A stretch of 64,000 nucleotides of DNA. It comes from Armatimonadota bacterium (GTDB lineage Bacteria; Armatimonadota; UBA10988). Every line of letters starts with the position of its first letter. Positions within the stretch are counted from its first letter, which is position 1. The notes below the pieces were generated by a model. The model saw nothing but the letters and a program-made list of their open reading frames with translations. It had not been told where the DNA came from and did not search any database. The stretch spans positions 38,290 through 102,289 of the forward strand of contig JACRKZ010000043.1 of the NCBI GenBank assembly GCA_016235455.1, written 5' to 3'. Positions 28,151 through 38,272 of this stretch are shown in pieces. The translations under genes were made by a program, and so were the position numbers.

Positions 28151-30825
28151 TCAGCGCAGCACGACATACAGCGCATCCGCAGGGAACCGCAGCACTTTGC
28201 CACCGCCGACCGTTGCGAGCGGGATCTGCCGCACCACCATGCCATTGGCGTCGAGCACCTCGGCGGTGGTCAGGGCGGCGTTGCCGAGGCGTAGCGTCAG
28301 GTCGGCTTCGCGGATGCGCCACGGGGCCTTGCCGAAGCTGACCACCTCTTCGCCGGCGCGCGCCTGGCCACCGTCCTGCATCGTGTCCGGCCGTGTGGCC
28401 CAGCCGGTGGGGCGTTCCACGGTGCCCACCTGCACCAGCACCCGCGTCGAGGTGGCCAGCGGCTGGTTGTCCAGGGCAACCGCCAACACCGTGGCGTAGT
28501 CGTTGGCGCACTGGATCTCCAGGTCACCCAACTTGATCGGCCCGGCCTTGGCGAGAAAGCCCGTGGCGCCCTGCGCCCTGGGTGCGTTGCGTCGTACCTG
28601 GCCACCACTGGTCCGGCCAGGAAGGCCAGCGGGCTCACCCCACCGGCAATGTTGGCTTTCGGCGCCCGGTTACCCGCGTCGCGGTTGGGGTCGAAGCCGG
28701 GGTCCTCGGCGATGAGGGGTGTGCGTCGCTGCCACAGATCGGTCAGCGCGCGTTGCTCCACCACCGCAGGCTGCGCCTGCTTGACGTAGCCGAGCCGGTA
28801 CATCAGGGCCGCTGCTGGCCATTGGCCCATGAGCATGGGCGTGGCGCAGACCCATTTGCCCTCCGACGGCATGTAGCCGTTGGCCGAGCCGGGCTCGCGC
28901 CAGGCCTCTTCGCTCGTGGCGAACCAGAAGTAGGTGTCGACACCGTTGAGCGACTGGTAGGCGGCCACCAGGAACGGGCCTTCCGACTGGTAGCCGAGTG
29001 GCGGCACCCAGGAGCTTTCGGTGACCATGATCGGATGGCCTTCGACCTGCTTGAGCGAGACGGGCAGGTCGCGCGGGCGCAGCAGCACGGAGTCGTCGGT
29101 GAACTTGTCTCCGTTGACGATGGCCCAGCCGTTGTTGGCGCCCTGGTGCTGGCCCGTGTAGTAGCGGTTGACCGCCAGCACCTCGTTGGCCGTGTAGCTG
29201 TAGCGCTCGGCGTCGAGCATCTTGACCTCGTCGGCCGTGCGCCAGTTGCCCGCGTTGACCAACTGACCGCAGCCCAGCTCGCGCCGCAGGTAGTCGGCCA
29301 TCTGTTGGTTGAAGCCGCGCATGGTCTCGGTGAAGAACTGCATCTGATCCGCGCAGCGCTGCTTCTGGCCCGCGCCGCCGCGGTCCTGGGTCAGCTCCCA
29401 GACCGGGTAGAAGCCCAGCTCGCCGGTGGTTGGCGCGTCGTCCTTGAGGCCGGCCTGGGGCCATGCGGCGAGGGCCTGGGTCAGCCCGCCATACTTGCGG
29501 GTGGCGAAGGCGGCGAACCGGCGGCGCAGCTCGGCGCCGGCCGCACCTTCGATGTTCTGGCTGGTCCAGAAAAGCAGCGAATCCTCGTTCTGCAGCTGGA
29601 TGATGGCCAACGCCGGGTCCTTGGCAAGCGGGATGCCGGTGTAGGGATTGGGCTCGGTCAGGGCCTGCTTCATCCACGCCTTGTACGCGTTCTGCAGCGT
29701 GGCGTTGAAGAACAGCAGACCGAAGTTGCCGCCCTTGCCGGCTTCGGGCACGCCCATGGCGGGGCTGACGCGCGAGCTGACCGCCCAGTAGGGCGAGAAG
29801 GTGGTGTAGATGCCTTCCTTCTTCATCGCCGCCACCATGCGCCACAGGCCGTCGCGCTCGCCGCGGTCGATGTCGGTCAGCGCGCCGTCCTTGGCCGGCG
29901 TCAGGTTGCCGTGGAAACGCACCATGTTGATGCCGCGCTTGGCCAGGAACCGCGCGTGCCGGGCCAGGTCGGGCGCCGGCTTGAGCGGGTGCTTGGTGTT
30001 CGCGCTGGTGTTGACCGCCCAGAACCGCGCCGGCCGGCCGTCGCCCAGCAACAGGTCGTTGCCGTCGGGTGAGAGCTTGACGAATCCGAACTCGCCCGCG
30101 GCCCTCTCGTTGAGTGTGCGCAGATCGAACCGCGCCTCGGTGCTGAAAGTGTCGGGCGAGGGCTGGAAGGCCCAGGTGCCCTTCTCGGGCCATCCGGCCG
30201 AGGGGCCGGCCATGGCCGTCTGGTCGGCCGCCACCGGCAGCAGCGATCCACCGCCCGGCAGGCTGGCGGGCTTGCCGCGACTGACCCACAACTGGTCGAC
30301 GACCATGCCCAGATCGCGGTTCTGGAAGCTGAAGAACATGGACCAGCACACGGTGCCGGCGATGGGCGCCTTGCCTTGGCCCGGGCCGTTGGTGCCGACG
30401 AACGACGACAGCGGCAGGCTGACCACCTTCCACTGGTTCGCGAAGCTGGCATCGACTGGCGCCTTGGCCTCGTAGAGGGTCATCTGGTCGGCCGCCGTGC
30501 CGCGCGCCTTGCAGAAGATGAACACCTGGTACCACTCGGGCCGTGCCAGCGTGCAGCGGTAGTTGAGGTAGAGGTCGTCGGCCACCGCGAAGTGCCCGTC
30601 CACCCAGTTGTCCTGGACCTGGATGTCACCGTTGCCCTCGGCCTTCACTGCGCCCAGCGAGCCCGCGGGCAGGCCCTGGCTGACCAGCACGCCCTTTTTC
30701 CAGCCACCCGGCAGGCCGTGGCTCAGGTCGAACTGGCAGACGGTCTGCTGCGCGACACAGGCGGTGGTCAGCAGAGACAGCAGGCAGACGGACAGCAACA
30801 TCGAGCGGACGGGCATCGCGCACAT
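28151..30825 (-). pseudogene. Secreted GH-A clan (GH5-like) hydrolase with N-terminal CBM-like domain, disrupted near the 3' end
   Basis: RFWAVN, GINMVRFH, NPYTG, QNEDS (acid/base) and VTES (nucleophile). The frame switches at about 28589-28590, where the second frame resumes NAPRAQGATGFL..SLD/ALD.QPL. Confidence 0.75.
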
Positions 30826-31029
30826 GGGTAATCCTCGTCGCCACCGCGGCGTAGGTCTCATGTTGGCTCCGATTGATCGATTCCCTCCTCGGCGTTGGCG
30901 ACGGCCGGCGCTGTCGGGACCGTGCGTCCCGCTGGCCGCGCAAAGATCGTGGCTCGCTGGCGCCCCGATTCAGGTATGGTGTTGGGCAGCGTCGCCACGG
31001 AGCGGGGACGCCTGGCCTGGAGAGCGATA

Positions 31030-32160
31030 TTGGGCAAGACCATCACCCCATGCCGGCCGAAGTGGGCCGGGACCATGACCGACCGCGAGCGGTTCAATCG
31101 CCAACTGCATTACCAGAGCGTGGACCGCTGCTTCAACATGGAGTTCGGCTACTGGGACGAGAACTTCCATGAGTGGCCGCTGTTCGCGGACAACAACATC
31201 ACGAACAACTGGGAAGCGGACATCTTCTTCAACTTCGACCGCGTGGGCGGCGTGGGCGGCAACACCTGGCTGAGCCCGAGCTTTGAGCACAAGGTCATCG
31301 GCGTCGAGGGCAACCGTCGCATCCTGCAAAATGGCGACGGCCTGCTGGCCGAGGTGCCGCTCGATGGGCACGACACCATCCCGCACTACATCAAAGCCAC
31401 GGTGGTCACGCCCGAGGACTGGAAGCGTTGCAAGGAAGAGCGCTTCCGCCGCGACGACCCGGCCCGCAAGGTCGACGTCGAGCGCCTCAAGCAGCACCAC
31501 ACGCCCGACCGCGACTACCCGCTGGGCGTCGGCTGCGGCTCGATGATCGGCAAGATCCGCGACATGCTGACCTTCGAGGGCCTGGCCTACGCCATCTACG
31601 ACTATCCGGCGATGATCGAGGATATGGTCGAGACCTGCTGCGTCATGGTCGAAGACTTCCTCGACCAGGTGCTGGGCCATATCGACTTCGATTTCGCCAC
31701 CGGCTGGGAGGATATCTGCTTCAAGAGCGGGCCCATCGTCGGCGTCGACTTCTTCAACAAGGTGGTCGTGCCGCGCTACAAGCGCATCTCGGCCAAGCTC
31801 CACGCCCACGGCATCGACCTGTGGTACACCGACTGCGACGGCGACGTGCGCCCGATCCTGCCCGGCCTGCTCGAAGGCGGCATCAACTGCCTGTTCCCCT
31901 TCGAGGTCAACGGCTGCGCGCATCCCGGCGAACTGCTGAACCAGTACGACGGCCAGTTGCGCATCATGGGCGGTGTGGACAAGATCCAGATGGGCTACGG
32001 CCAGGAGGCTATCAAGGCCTACATGGAGACGCTGGTGCCGCTGGTCGAGCGTGGCGGGTACATCCCGTTCTGCGACCACCGCTGCCCGCCGAACGTCAAG
32101 CCCGAGGACTACCTGTACTACCTGGACCTCAAGGAGCGCATGTTCGGCCAACTGGCCTGA
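31030..32160 (+). CDS. Uroporphyrinogen-decarboxylase / MtaA-CmuA fold family protein
   Basis: WEDICFKSGP, DCDGD, GGVDK and GGYIPFCDH. TTG start at 31030 after GGAG (alternative ATG 31075). Confidence 0.85.
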   Translation: MGKTITPCRPKWAGTMTDRERFNRQLHYQSVDRCFNMEFGYWDENFHEWPLFADNNITNNWEADIFFNFDRVGGVGGNTWLSPSFEHKVIGVEGNRRILQNGDGLLAEVPLDGHDTIPHYIKATVVTPEDWKRCKEERFRRDDPARKVDVERLKQHHTPDRDYPLGVGCGSMIGKIRDMLTFEGLAYAIYDYPAMIEDMVETCCVMVEDFLDQVLGHIDFDFATGWEDICFKSGPIVGVDFFNKVVVPRYKRISAKLHAHGIDLWYTDCDGDVRPILPGLLEGGINCLFPFEVNGCAHPGELLNQYDGQLRIMGGVDKIQMGYGQEAIKAYMETLVPLVERGGYIPFCDHRCPPNVKPEDYLYYLDLKERMFGQLA

Positions 32161-32175
32161 CGGCCGGACCGAACC

Positions 32176-32253
32176 GAACCACAGAGGCCACAGAGAGCAC
32201 AGAGAGCGACAATTCGCTGAATCACTCGGTGTTCTCCGTGTCCTCTGTGGTTC
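32176..32253. repeat. 29-bp imperfect inverted repeat with 9-bp internal periodicity (CACAGAG)
   Basis: Arms 32176-32204 and 32225-32253 match at 25/29. Confidence 0.85.
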
Positions 32254-32268
32254 CCATAAGGACTGCGG

Positions 32269-34914
32269 ATGAAGACACGGCGTTGGGTGTTCGTACTGCT
32301 GCTGGCCGGTGTGGCGCTGAGCCAGGGCGGCAGGGAGCTGGTCGGCCATTTCACCGGCGGCAAGCTGGTCACGCCCACGGGCCAGCTCGTCACGCCCACC
32401 GGCCGGCAGGTGGATCTGCCCGGCACGCGGCCGCAGGCCATCGCCCTGAGTCCCGACGGCACGCTGCTGGCCACCGCCGGCAAGTCGGCCGACCTGGTGC
32501 TCATTGACCCGGCCACTGCGACTGTGCGAAGCAGAGTTGCACTGCCGAACGACAAGCTCAACGACCCCAACCCCGCCGTGGCCTCGGCCAACATCCTCAA
32601 GCCCGACACTTCGGGCCAACTCAGCTACACCGGGCTGGTCTTCTCGCACGACGGCAAGCGCCTCTATCTGAGCAACGTCAATGGCAGCGTGAAGGTCTTT
32701 GGTGTCGACAAGCAGGACGCCAAACCGCTGTTCACCATCACCATCCCCGAAGCCAAGGCGCCGCGCCGCGCGGCCGAGATCCCCGCCGGCCTGGCGCTGA
32801 CCGCCGACGACCGCACGCTCTATGTCTGCGGCAACCTGGGCAACCGGCTGCACGCGGTGAACGCCGCCGACGGCAAGCTCCTGCGCTCGTGGGACGTTGG
32901 CGCCGCGCCGTACGACGTGGTGCTGGCCGGTGGCAAGGCGTACGTGAGCAACTGGGGCGGACGACAGGCTAAAGCGGGTGAGCTGACCGGCCCGGCTGGC
33001 CGTGGCACGGTGGTCAAGGTCGATCCCGTGCGCCACATCGCCAGCGAAGGCTCGGTCAGCGTGGTGGAACTGAGCGGCGACGCGCCGGTGCGCGACATCA
33101 TCGTGCAGTTGCACTCGTCGGCGTTGGCGCTGTCGCCCGACGGGCGCTACCTGGTCTGCGCCAACGCCGGCAGCGACAACCTGAGCGTGATTGAGCTGCG
33201 CAGCGAGAAGGTGGTCGAGACCATCTGGGCCAAGGCCAAGCCGTCGGAACTGCTGGGCGCCACGCCTTGCGCGCTGGCCTTCTCGCCCGATGGTCGGCGG
33301 CTGTATGCCGCCAACGGCACGCAGAACGCCGTGGCCGTGATCGACTTCGCCCCCGGGAAGAGCCAGTTGCGCGGCCTGGTGCCGGTCGGCTGGTTCCCCG
33401 GTGCGCTGGCCTTCGATGCCGGCCGACGCCAGTTGTGCGTGGCCAACATCAAGGGCTTGCCCGAGGAGGACCGGCGCTCGAAGAGCGGCGGCTTCAACTC
33501 GCACCAGTACACTGGCTCGGTCAGCCTGGTACCGCTACCGCGCGATGCCGATCTGCCGGCCCTGTCGGAGACGGTCTACCGGGGCATCCGCCGCGAGCGC
33601 ATCGCCGCCAGCGCCCAGGCCCCGCGGCCCAACCAGCCGCCGCGGCCCGTGCCCGAGCGCATCGGCGAGCCCAGCCTGATCAAGCACGTGGTCTATGTGA
33701 TCAAGGAGAACCGCACCTACGACCAGGTCCTGGGTGATGTAGCGGCGGGCAATGGCAGCCGGGAGCTGTGCAACTTCGGCGAGGAGATCACGCCGAACCA
33801 GCACAAGCTGGTACGCGACTTCGTGCTGCTGGACAACACCTACTGCTGCAGCATCCTCTCGGCCGACGGCCACCAGTGGAGCACCACCGCGTTCGGCAAC
33901 GACTACCTGGAGCGCAGCTTCGCCGGCTGGCCGCGCAGCTATCCCGACGGCATGGGCGTCGACGAGAACGACGCGTTGGCCTACTCCAGCGGCGGGTTCC
34001 TGTGGGACAACGCCGTGGCTCACCAGGTGAGCCTGTGGAATTTCGGCGAGTTCGCCATGCCCGAGTGCGGCTGGCGCGACAAGGCGCGGAAGGGTTCGCC
34101 CCGGTGGCGCGACTACTACGACGAGTTCCTCAAGCCCACCGGCCAGGTGGCCATCGGCAGCCAGCCGTCGGTGGAGACCATTCGCCCCTTCACCCCGACC
34201 GACTACGTGGGCTGGGAGATGAGCGTGCCCGACGTGTGGCGCGCGGCCTACATCAAGCGCCAACTGGCCAAGTGGGAGGCGCAGGGGCAGATGCCCAGCC
34301 TGATCTTCATCTGCCTGCCCGACGACCACACCAGCGGCACCGGTGCCGGCACGCCGACGCCGCAAGCCTATGTGGCCGACAACGATCTGGCCTTCGGGCA
34401 ACTGGTCGAGGCGTTCGGCAAGAGCCGCTTCGGCCGCGAGACGCTGATCCTGGGCATCGAGGACGACCCGCAGGCCGGCTGGGACCATGTCAGCGGCTAC
34501 CGCACCACGGCTTACATCGCCGGGCCGTATGTCAAACGCGGCGCGGTGGTCAGCACCATGTACAACACGGTCAGCCTGATCCGCACCATCGAGCAGATCC
34601 TGGGTCTGCCGCCGATGAACCAGTTCGATGCCGCGGCCACACCGATGTTCGACTGCTTCGACCCGCGCGTGCCCTGGCAGCCGTTCACCAGCGTGCCCAA
34701 CCAGGTGCGGCTGGACTGGCTCAACGGTGAGCCGAAGACCATCGCCGACGCGCAACTGCGGCGCGACGCGATCGCCTCGGCCAAGCTCGACCTGCGCGGG
34801 CCGGACCGTGTGCCCGAGGACCAGCTCAACCGCATCCTGTGGCGCGCCACCATGGGCACGCGCGCGCCGTACCCCGAATGGGCGGTGAGCCGCGTTGTGG
34901 ACGACGACGACTGA
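32269..34914 (+). CDS. Secreted YVTN/YncE beta-propeller fused to phosphoesterase (alkaline-phosphatase superfamily)
   Basis: SPDG propeller repeats, PVGWFP, HVVYVIKENRTYDQVLGD, SADGHQW, DHT and EDD.Q.G.DHV. Confidence 0.88.
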   Translation: MKTRRWVFVLLLAGVALSQGGRELVGHFTGGKLVTPTGQLVTPTGRQVDLPGTRPQAIALSPDGTLLATAGKSADLVLIDPATATVRSRVALPNDKLNDPNPAVASANILKPDTSGQLSYTGLVFSHDGKRLYLSNVNGSVKVFGVDKQDAKPLFTITIPEAKAPRRAAEIPAGLALTADDRTLYVCGNLGNRLHAVNAADGKLLRSWDVGAAPYDVVLAGGKAYVSNWGGRQAKAGELTGPAGRGTVVKVDPVRHIASEGSVSVVELSGDAPVRDIIVQLHSSALALSPDGRYLVCANAGSDNLSVIELRSEKVVETIWAKAKPSELLGATPCALAFSPDGRRLYAANGTQNAVAVIDFAPGKSQLRGLVPVGWFPGALAFDAGRRQLCVANIKGLPEEDRRSKSGGFNSHQYTGSVSLVPLPRDADLPALSETVYRGIRRERIAASAQAPRPNQPPRPVPERIGEPSLIKHVVYVIKENRTYDQVLGDVAAGNGSRELCNFGEEITPNQHKLVRDFVLLDNTYCCSILSADGHQWSTTAFGNDYLERSFAGWPRSYPDGMGVDENDALAYSSGGFLWDNAVAHQVSLWNFGEFAMPECGWRDKARKGSPRWRDYYDEFLKPTGQVAIGSQPSVETIRPFTPTDYVGWEMSVPDVWRAAYIKRQLAKWEAQGQMPSLIFICLPDDHTSGTGAGTPTPQAYVADNDLAFGQLVEAFGKSRFGRETLILGIEDDPQAGWDHVSGYRTTAYIAGPYVKRGAVVSTMYNTVSLIRTIEQILGLPPMNQFDAAATPMFDCFDPRVPWQPFTSVPNQVRLDWLNGEPKTIADAQLRRDAIASAKLDLRGPDRVPEDQLNRILWRATMGTRAPYPEWAVSRVVDDDD

Positions 34915-34936
34915 GCAACACAGAAGGGGGTGAGAC

Positions 34937-35533
34937 ACGGCCCAGCACACTTATCCCGACGGCCGCATCCGCCGCCTGGCCGAGCAACTGGCCAAGGCCA
35001 AGGTGCCGGCCGAGCAGACTGCGGCGATCATGGCCGGCGGCGAAGGCATCGCGGCCAAGGCCAACCCGGCGGACAAGGCCGCCTGGCTGGCCGGCGCCAT
35101 GGAACGGCTTGACGCACGGCTGGACGAGGCCACGCGCCGCCGCGTGCGCCAGGGCTGCGCCTGCTGCCTGGGCGGCAAGCGGCTGGAGACGTCACGCGCC
35201 ATCGCCCGCGACCACGCCACGCTGGACGAGCGCCTGGCCGCGGCCAACGAGGCCAGGTTCGTCTTCGGCCACAGCGTGACCCGGCTGGACGACGGCCAGA
35301 TCGAGGTGTGCTTCTTCCCAGAGGGGTTGGAGCAGCACCGTTGCCCCTGCCTGCCCCACGCCGCGGAGCCGCTGTCGCTGACCTACTGCGAGTGCTGCGC
35401 CGGGCATCTGCGGCACCATCTAGGCACGGCGCTTGGCTGCCGGGTCGACGGGCAGGTGGTGGCGTCGGCTTTGGCCAGTGGCGGGCGCGAGGGGTGCCTG
35501 TTCCGGTTCACGGTGTGCGGCCACTTAGGCTAG
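34937..35533 (+). CDS. Cys-rich DUF6144-like putative metal-binding protein (start probably at a non-ATG codon)
   Basis: GCACC, CPC, TYCECCAGH and C.F motifs. The frame is open back to ACG at 34937, just after the SD-like AAGGGGGTGA. Confidence 0.7.
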   Translation, partial: TAQHTYPDGRIRRLAEQLAKAKVPAEQTAAIMAGGEGIAAKANPADKAAWLAGAMERLDARLDEATRRRVRQGCACCLGGKRLETSRAIARDHATLDERLAAANEARFVFGHSVTRLDDGQIEVCFFPEGLEQHRCPCLPHAAEPLSLTYCECCAGHLRHHLGTALGCRVDGQVVASALASGGREGCLFRFTVCGHLG

Positions 35534-35592
35534 CGACGACTGGAACTGGGCAGGCTTGGCCCGCCCAGCTCCAGTCGTCGCCTCTGAGCGGC

Positions 35593-37143
35593 TCAGGACG
35601 GGTTGAGGATGTCGAGCCCGCCGAACCGCGAGACATCGCGAATCGCGACGATGCTGTTGTTGGCGCCGACCTCGACATCGAGTACCGCCCACTGCAGACC
35701 GTCCGCAGGCTGCGGCGTTGGCGCCCTGTAGGTGCGCACGCGCCCATCAGCGGTGACCAGAACCACGCTGGCGCCGGCATTGTCCAGCCGGCCGCCCAGC
35801 GGCCGCACCGCGAACCTGTAGACACCCGGCACGCCGCGTCGCACGGTCGTGACCTCGGGGCCATAGCCGTCTACATCATCCGTGTCCAACTGGCAATAGG
35901 GATAGGCGGCCAGAGAGCCTTTGTTGCGGTAGTAGATCATCGCGCGCGGCCCGCCCGCCTGTGCCGGCGGCACGCTCATGTAGGAGTCCAGGTCGCGCGG
36001 CGACGAACCCCAACACAATGTCACCTGGAACAGGCTGGTGCCGAGCTGGTCCGCGGTCAGCGTGTACTCGTTGTTCAGGCTGCCGCCCGCGGCCGGCATG
36101 GTTTCGCCTTGTCGCAACACGAGCCAGCGGGTGGCGCCATCGAGCACCTCGATGTTGACCAGGCTCTCCGGGAGCACCGCCAGGCTGGCCTGGCCCGCGG
36201 CATCCGTGACGCCGGTGGCTTCCCAGCCGACGCCCGTGGCGCGCACCATGACGCCGGGCTGAGGCGCGCCGTCCGAGACGATGCGCACAACCTTGGTGGC
36301 ATTGGCCTGCAGCGGCACGCCGATGGCCCACGCGCCGAAGCGGTTGATGGTGCCGCGATAGCACCACTCGGCGCGCGTGGCCACGCCCTCCTGGCGCCAG
36401 AGACCGGTTGCGCTATCCAGCCGCCACATCGGGATGGACTCGACGCCCGGGTCGGGATCCGGCTCAATGAGCCACTGCAGCGTGGCGGTCTGTCCGCTGC
36501 CAAGGGCAACAGGCATGCCGCCGCTGCCCGTGACGCTGACATCGATCATGCCGAAGGTGCGCAGCGCGACCGGCGTGGCATTGGCGGGTGTGGCGGGCAC
36601 GCCACGCAGCACGCCGGGCTGCAACTGGGTGTAGGCAGGATTGGAGGCCACCAGCGCGGTCATCTGCACGCTGGCATTGGTGATCTGACGCGACGCACCC
36701 GCCGCCAGACAGCCCGCGGGCAGGATCACCACATCGTCCAAGTCGGATACCTCGACCTCTTGGCTGTTATCAACCGCCTCCACCGTGCCCACCGGGCCAA
36801 GGGTGATGGTCAGCCGCGAGGTCCAGCCGCCAACCACGGTCACTGCTCGGTGGCAAGCGACCGCGCCGGCACGAGCGACGTCGATCACATAGTCACCGGC
36901 CGTCACCGCGCCAAAGCTGAAGTAGCCGTCGCCGTTGGATGGCGTGGTGGCTTGGGCCGAGGTGGACCCGGCGCGCCGCAAGGCCAGCGTGACGCCGGCC
37001 AGGTTGGCCGCGCCGCCGTCGAACAGCCGCCCGGTGATCACGCCGTTGGCCGACGAGATGCCGCCTTGGTCGCTGCCACAACCCACCAGGTACAACGCCG
37101 CCAGCGCGGCCAAGATGCAGATGACATTCCGCGGTCGCTTCAT
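35593..37143 (-). CDS. Lipoprotein with carboxypeptidase-regulatory-like domain and YfaP/DUF2135-like C-terminus
   Basis: MKRPRN..LVG-C lipobox, L.W...P.DLD, and LDTDDVDGYGPE. Confidence 0.75.
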   Translation of the reverse strand: MKRPRNVICILAALAALYLVGCGSDQGGISSANGVITGRLFDGGAANLAGVTLALRRAGSTSAQATTPSNGDGYFSFGAVTAGDYVIDVARAGAVACHRAVTVVGGWTSRLTITLGPVGTVEAVDNSQEVEVSDLDDVVILPAGCLAAGASRQITNASVQMTALVASNPAYTQLQPGVLRGVPATPANATPVALRTFGMIDVSVTGSGGMPVALGSGQTATLQWLIEPDPDPGVESIPMWRLDSATGLWRQEGVATRAEWCYRGTINRFGAWAIGVPLQANATKVVRIVSDGAPQPGVMVRATGVGWEATGVTDAAGQASLAVLPESLVNIEVLDGATRWLVLRQGETMPAAGGSLNNEYTLTADQLGTSLFQVTLCWGSSPRDLDSYMSVPPAQAGGPRAMIYYRNKGSLAAYPYCQLDTDDVDGYGPEVTTVRRGVPGVYRFAVRPLGGRLDNAGASVVLVTADGRVRTYRAPTPQPADGLQWAVLDVEVGANNSIVAIRDVSRFGGLDILNPS

Positions 37144-37313
37144 AGCCGGTCCTTCCGACGGCCGCGCGTTGGTCGGCCGTGAGTCGCCGCCGACGGCGAC
37201 CCGTCGTTCGTAAGTATGGCAAACACGCTGCTCGACGCCACGGCCCTCAGTCACTTTGGCGTCACACTTGGCAGCGGCTGGTGAGCCGGCTCCGGTTCAG
37301 CCTGCCCGGCTGA

Positions 37314-38174
37314 TCACACCGCGCCCACCCGCGCCGGCAGCCGCCACAGCGCCTCATCACGGATGCCAATCGACTCCAGCATCGCCGCCGGCCGCTCGAA
37401 GTCGATGTCGTACTGCGCGCGATGGCAGTCGCTGGCCAGGCTGAAGGTCACGCCGCGGTCGCGCAGGTAGGCCAGATACTCCAGGTACTGGGGCACCAGC
37501 GTGGCGGGGTAGGCCGGGTTGAGCAGGATGGCCGAGATGTTGATCTCCACCGCCTTGCCATGCTCGATGGCGGCCGACGCCAGTTCGTCGTGCATCGAGG
37601 CGGGGATCTTGCCAAAGTCGTCGAGCCACGGGTCGGTTGTGTAGCGGCCGTCGGCGTCACGCCAGTGGCCATGCCACCACCATGGATGGGCAATGATGTC
37701 GACCAGCGGGTGCGTCGCGCAGTACAGGTACTGCCGGTGGTAGTCGCGGATGATGGTGTCGCGTTCCGGCTCGACGTACATCGGCCAGTGCACGCCAGCC
37801 ACCACGTACTCGATGCCCAGCCGGTCGATGTCGGCCTGCTCGATGGACAAGGCCGGCTCGGCGCCGGGCGGGCCGCCTTGGCGCAGGCCGTAGGTCGGGC
37901 TGCCGTGGGCGCCGGTGGCCACCTCGTCGAGCTCCCAGCGCGAGACGCAACTGACCTCGAGGCCAAAGTGGAAGCCGAGCGGTGGGTCGCTTGCCAGGTA
38001 TTCCGCGCGCGACGCCTCCACGTCGGGCCAGTTGACCGGGGTGTGGATGTGATCGGTGATGCCGTAGTTGACGATGCCCTGAGCCGCGGCGCCGGTGATC
38101 AGGTCCGCGATGCGCATCGATGCGTCGTCACACGAGTTGTCCGAGTGGATGTGCCAGTCGCACGTCAGCTTCAT
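37314..38174 (-). CDS. PHP-domain phosphoesterase
   Basis: DWHIHS, GITDH, AHP, EIN and SDCH. Confidence 0.85.
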   Translation of the reverse strand: MKLTCDWHIHSDNSCDDASMRIADLITGAAAQGIVNYGITDHIHTPVNWPDVEASRAEYLASDPPLGFHFGLEVSCVSRWELDEVATGAHGSPTYGLRQGGPPGAEPALSIEQADIDRLGIEYVVAGVHWPMYVEPERDTIIRDYHRQYLYCATHPLVDIIAHPWWWHGHWRDADGRYTTDPWLDDFGKIPASMHDELASAAIEHGKAVEINISAILLNPAYPATLVPQYLEYLAYLRDRGVTFSLASDCHRAQYDIDFERPAAMLESIGIRDEALWRLPARVGAV

Positions 38175-38272
38175 GCCGACCTCCTGCCTGAACCCGTGTT
38201 CGCGGCGCGCGACACCTACCCTCCAGCGGCGATGGGAGCTACCCTACCGCCACGGCCCGAGGAGCCCTGCCC

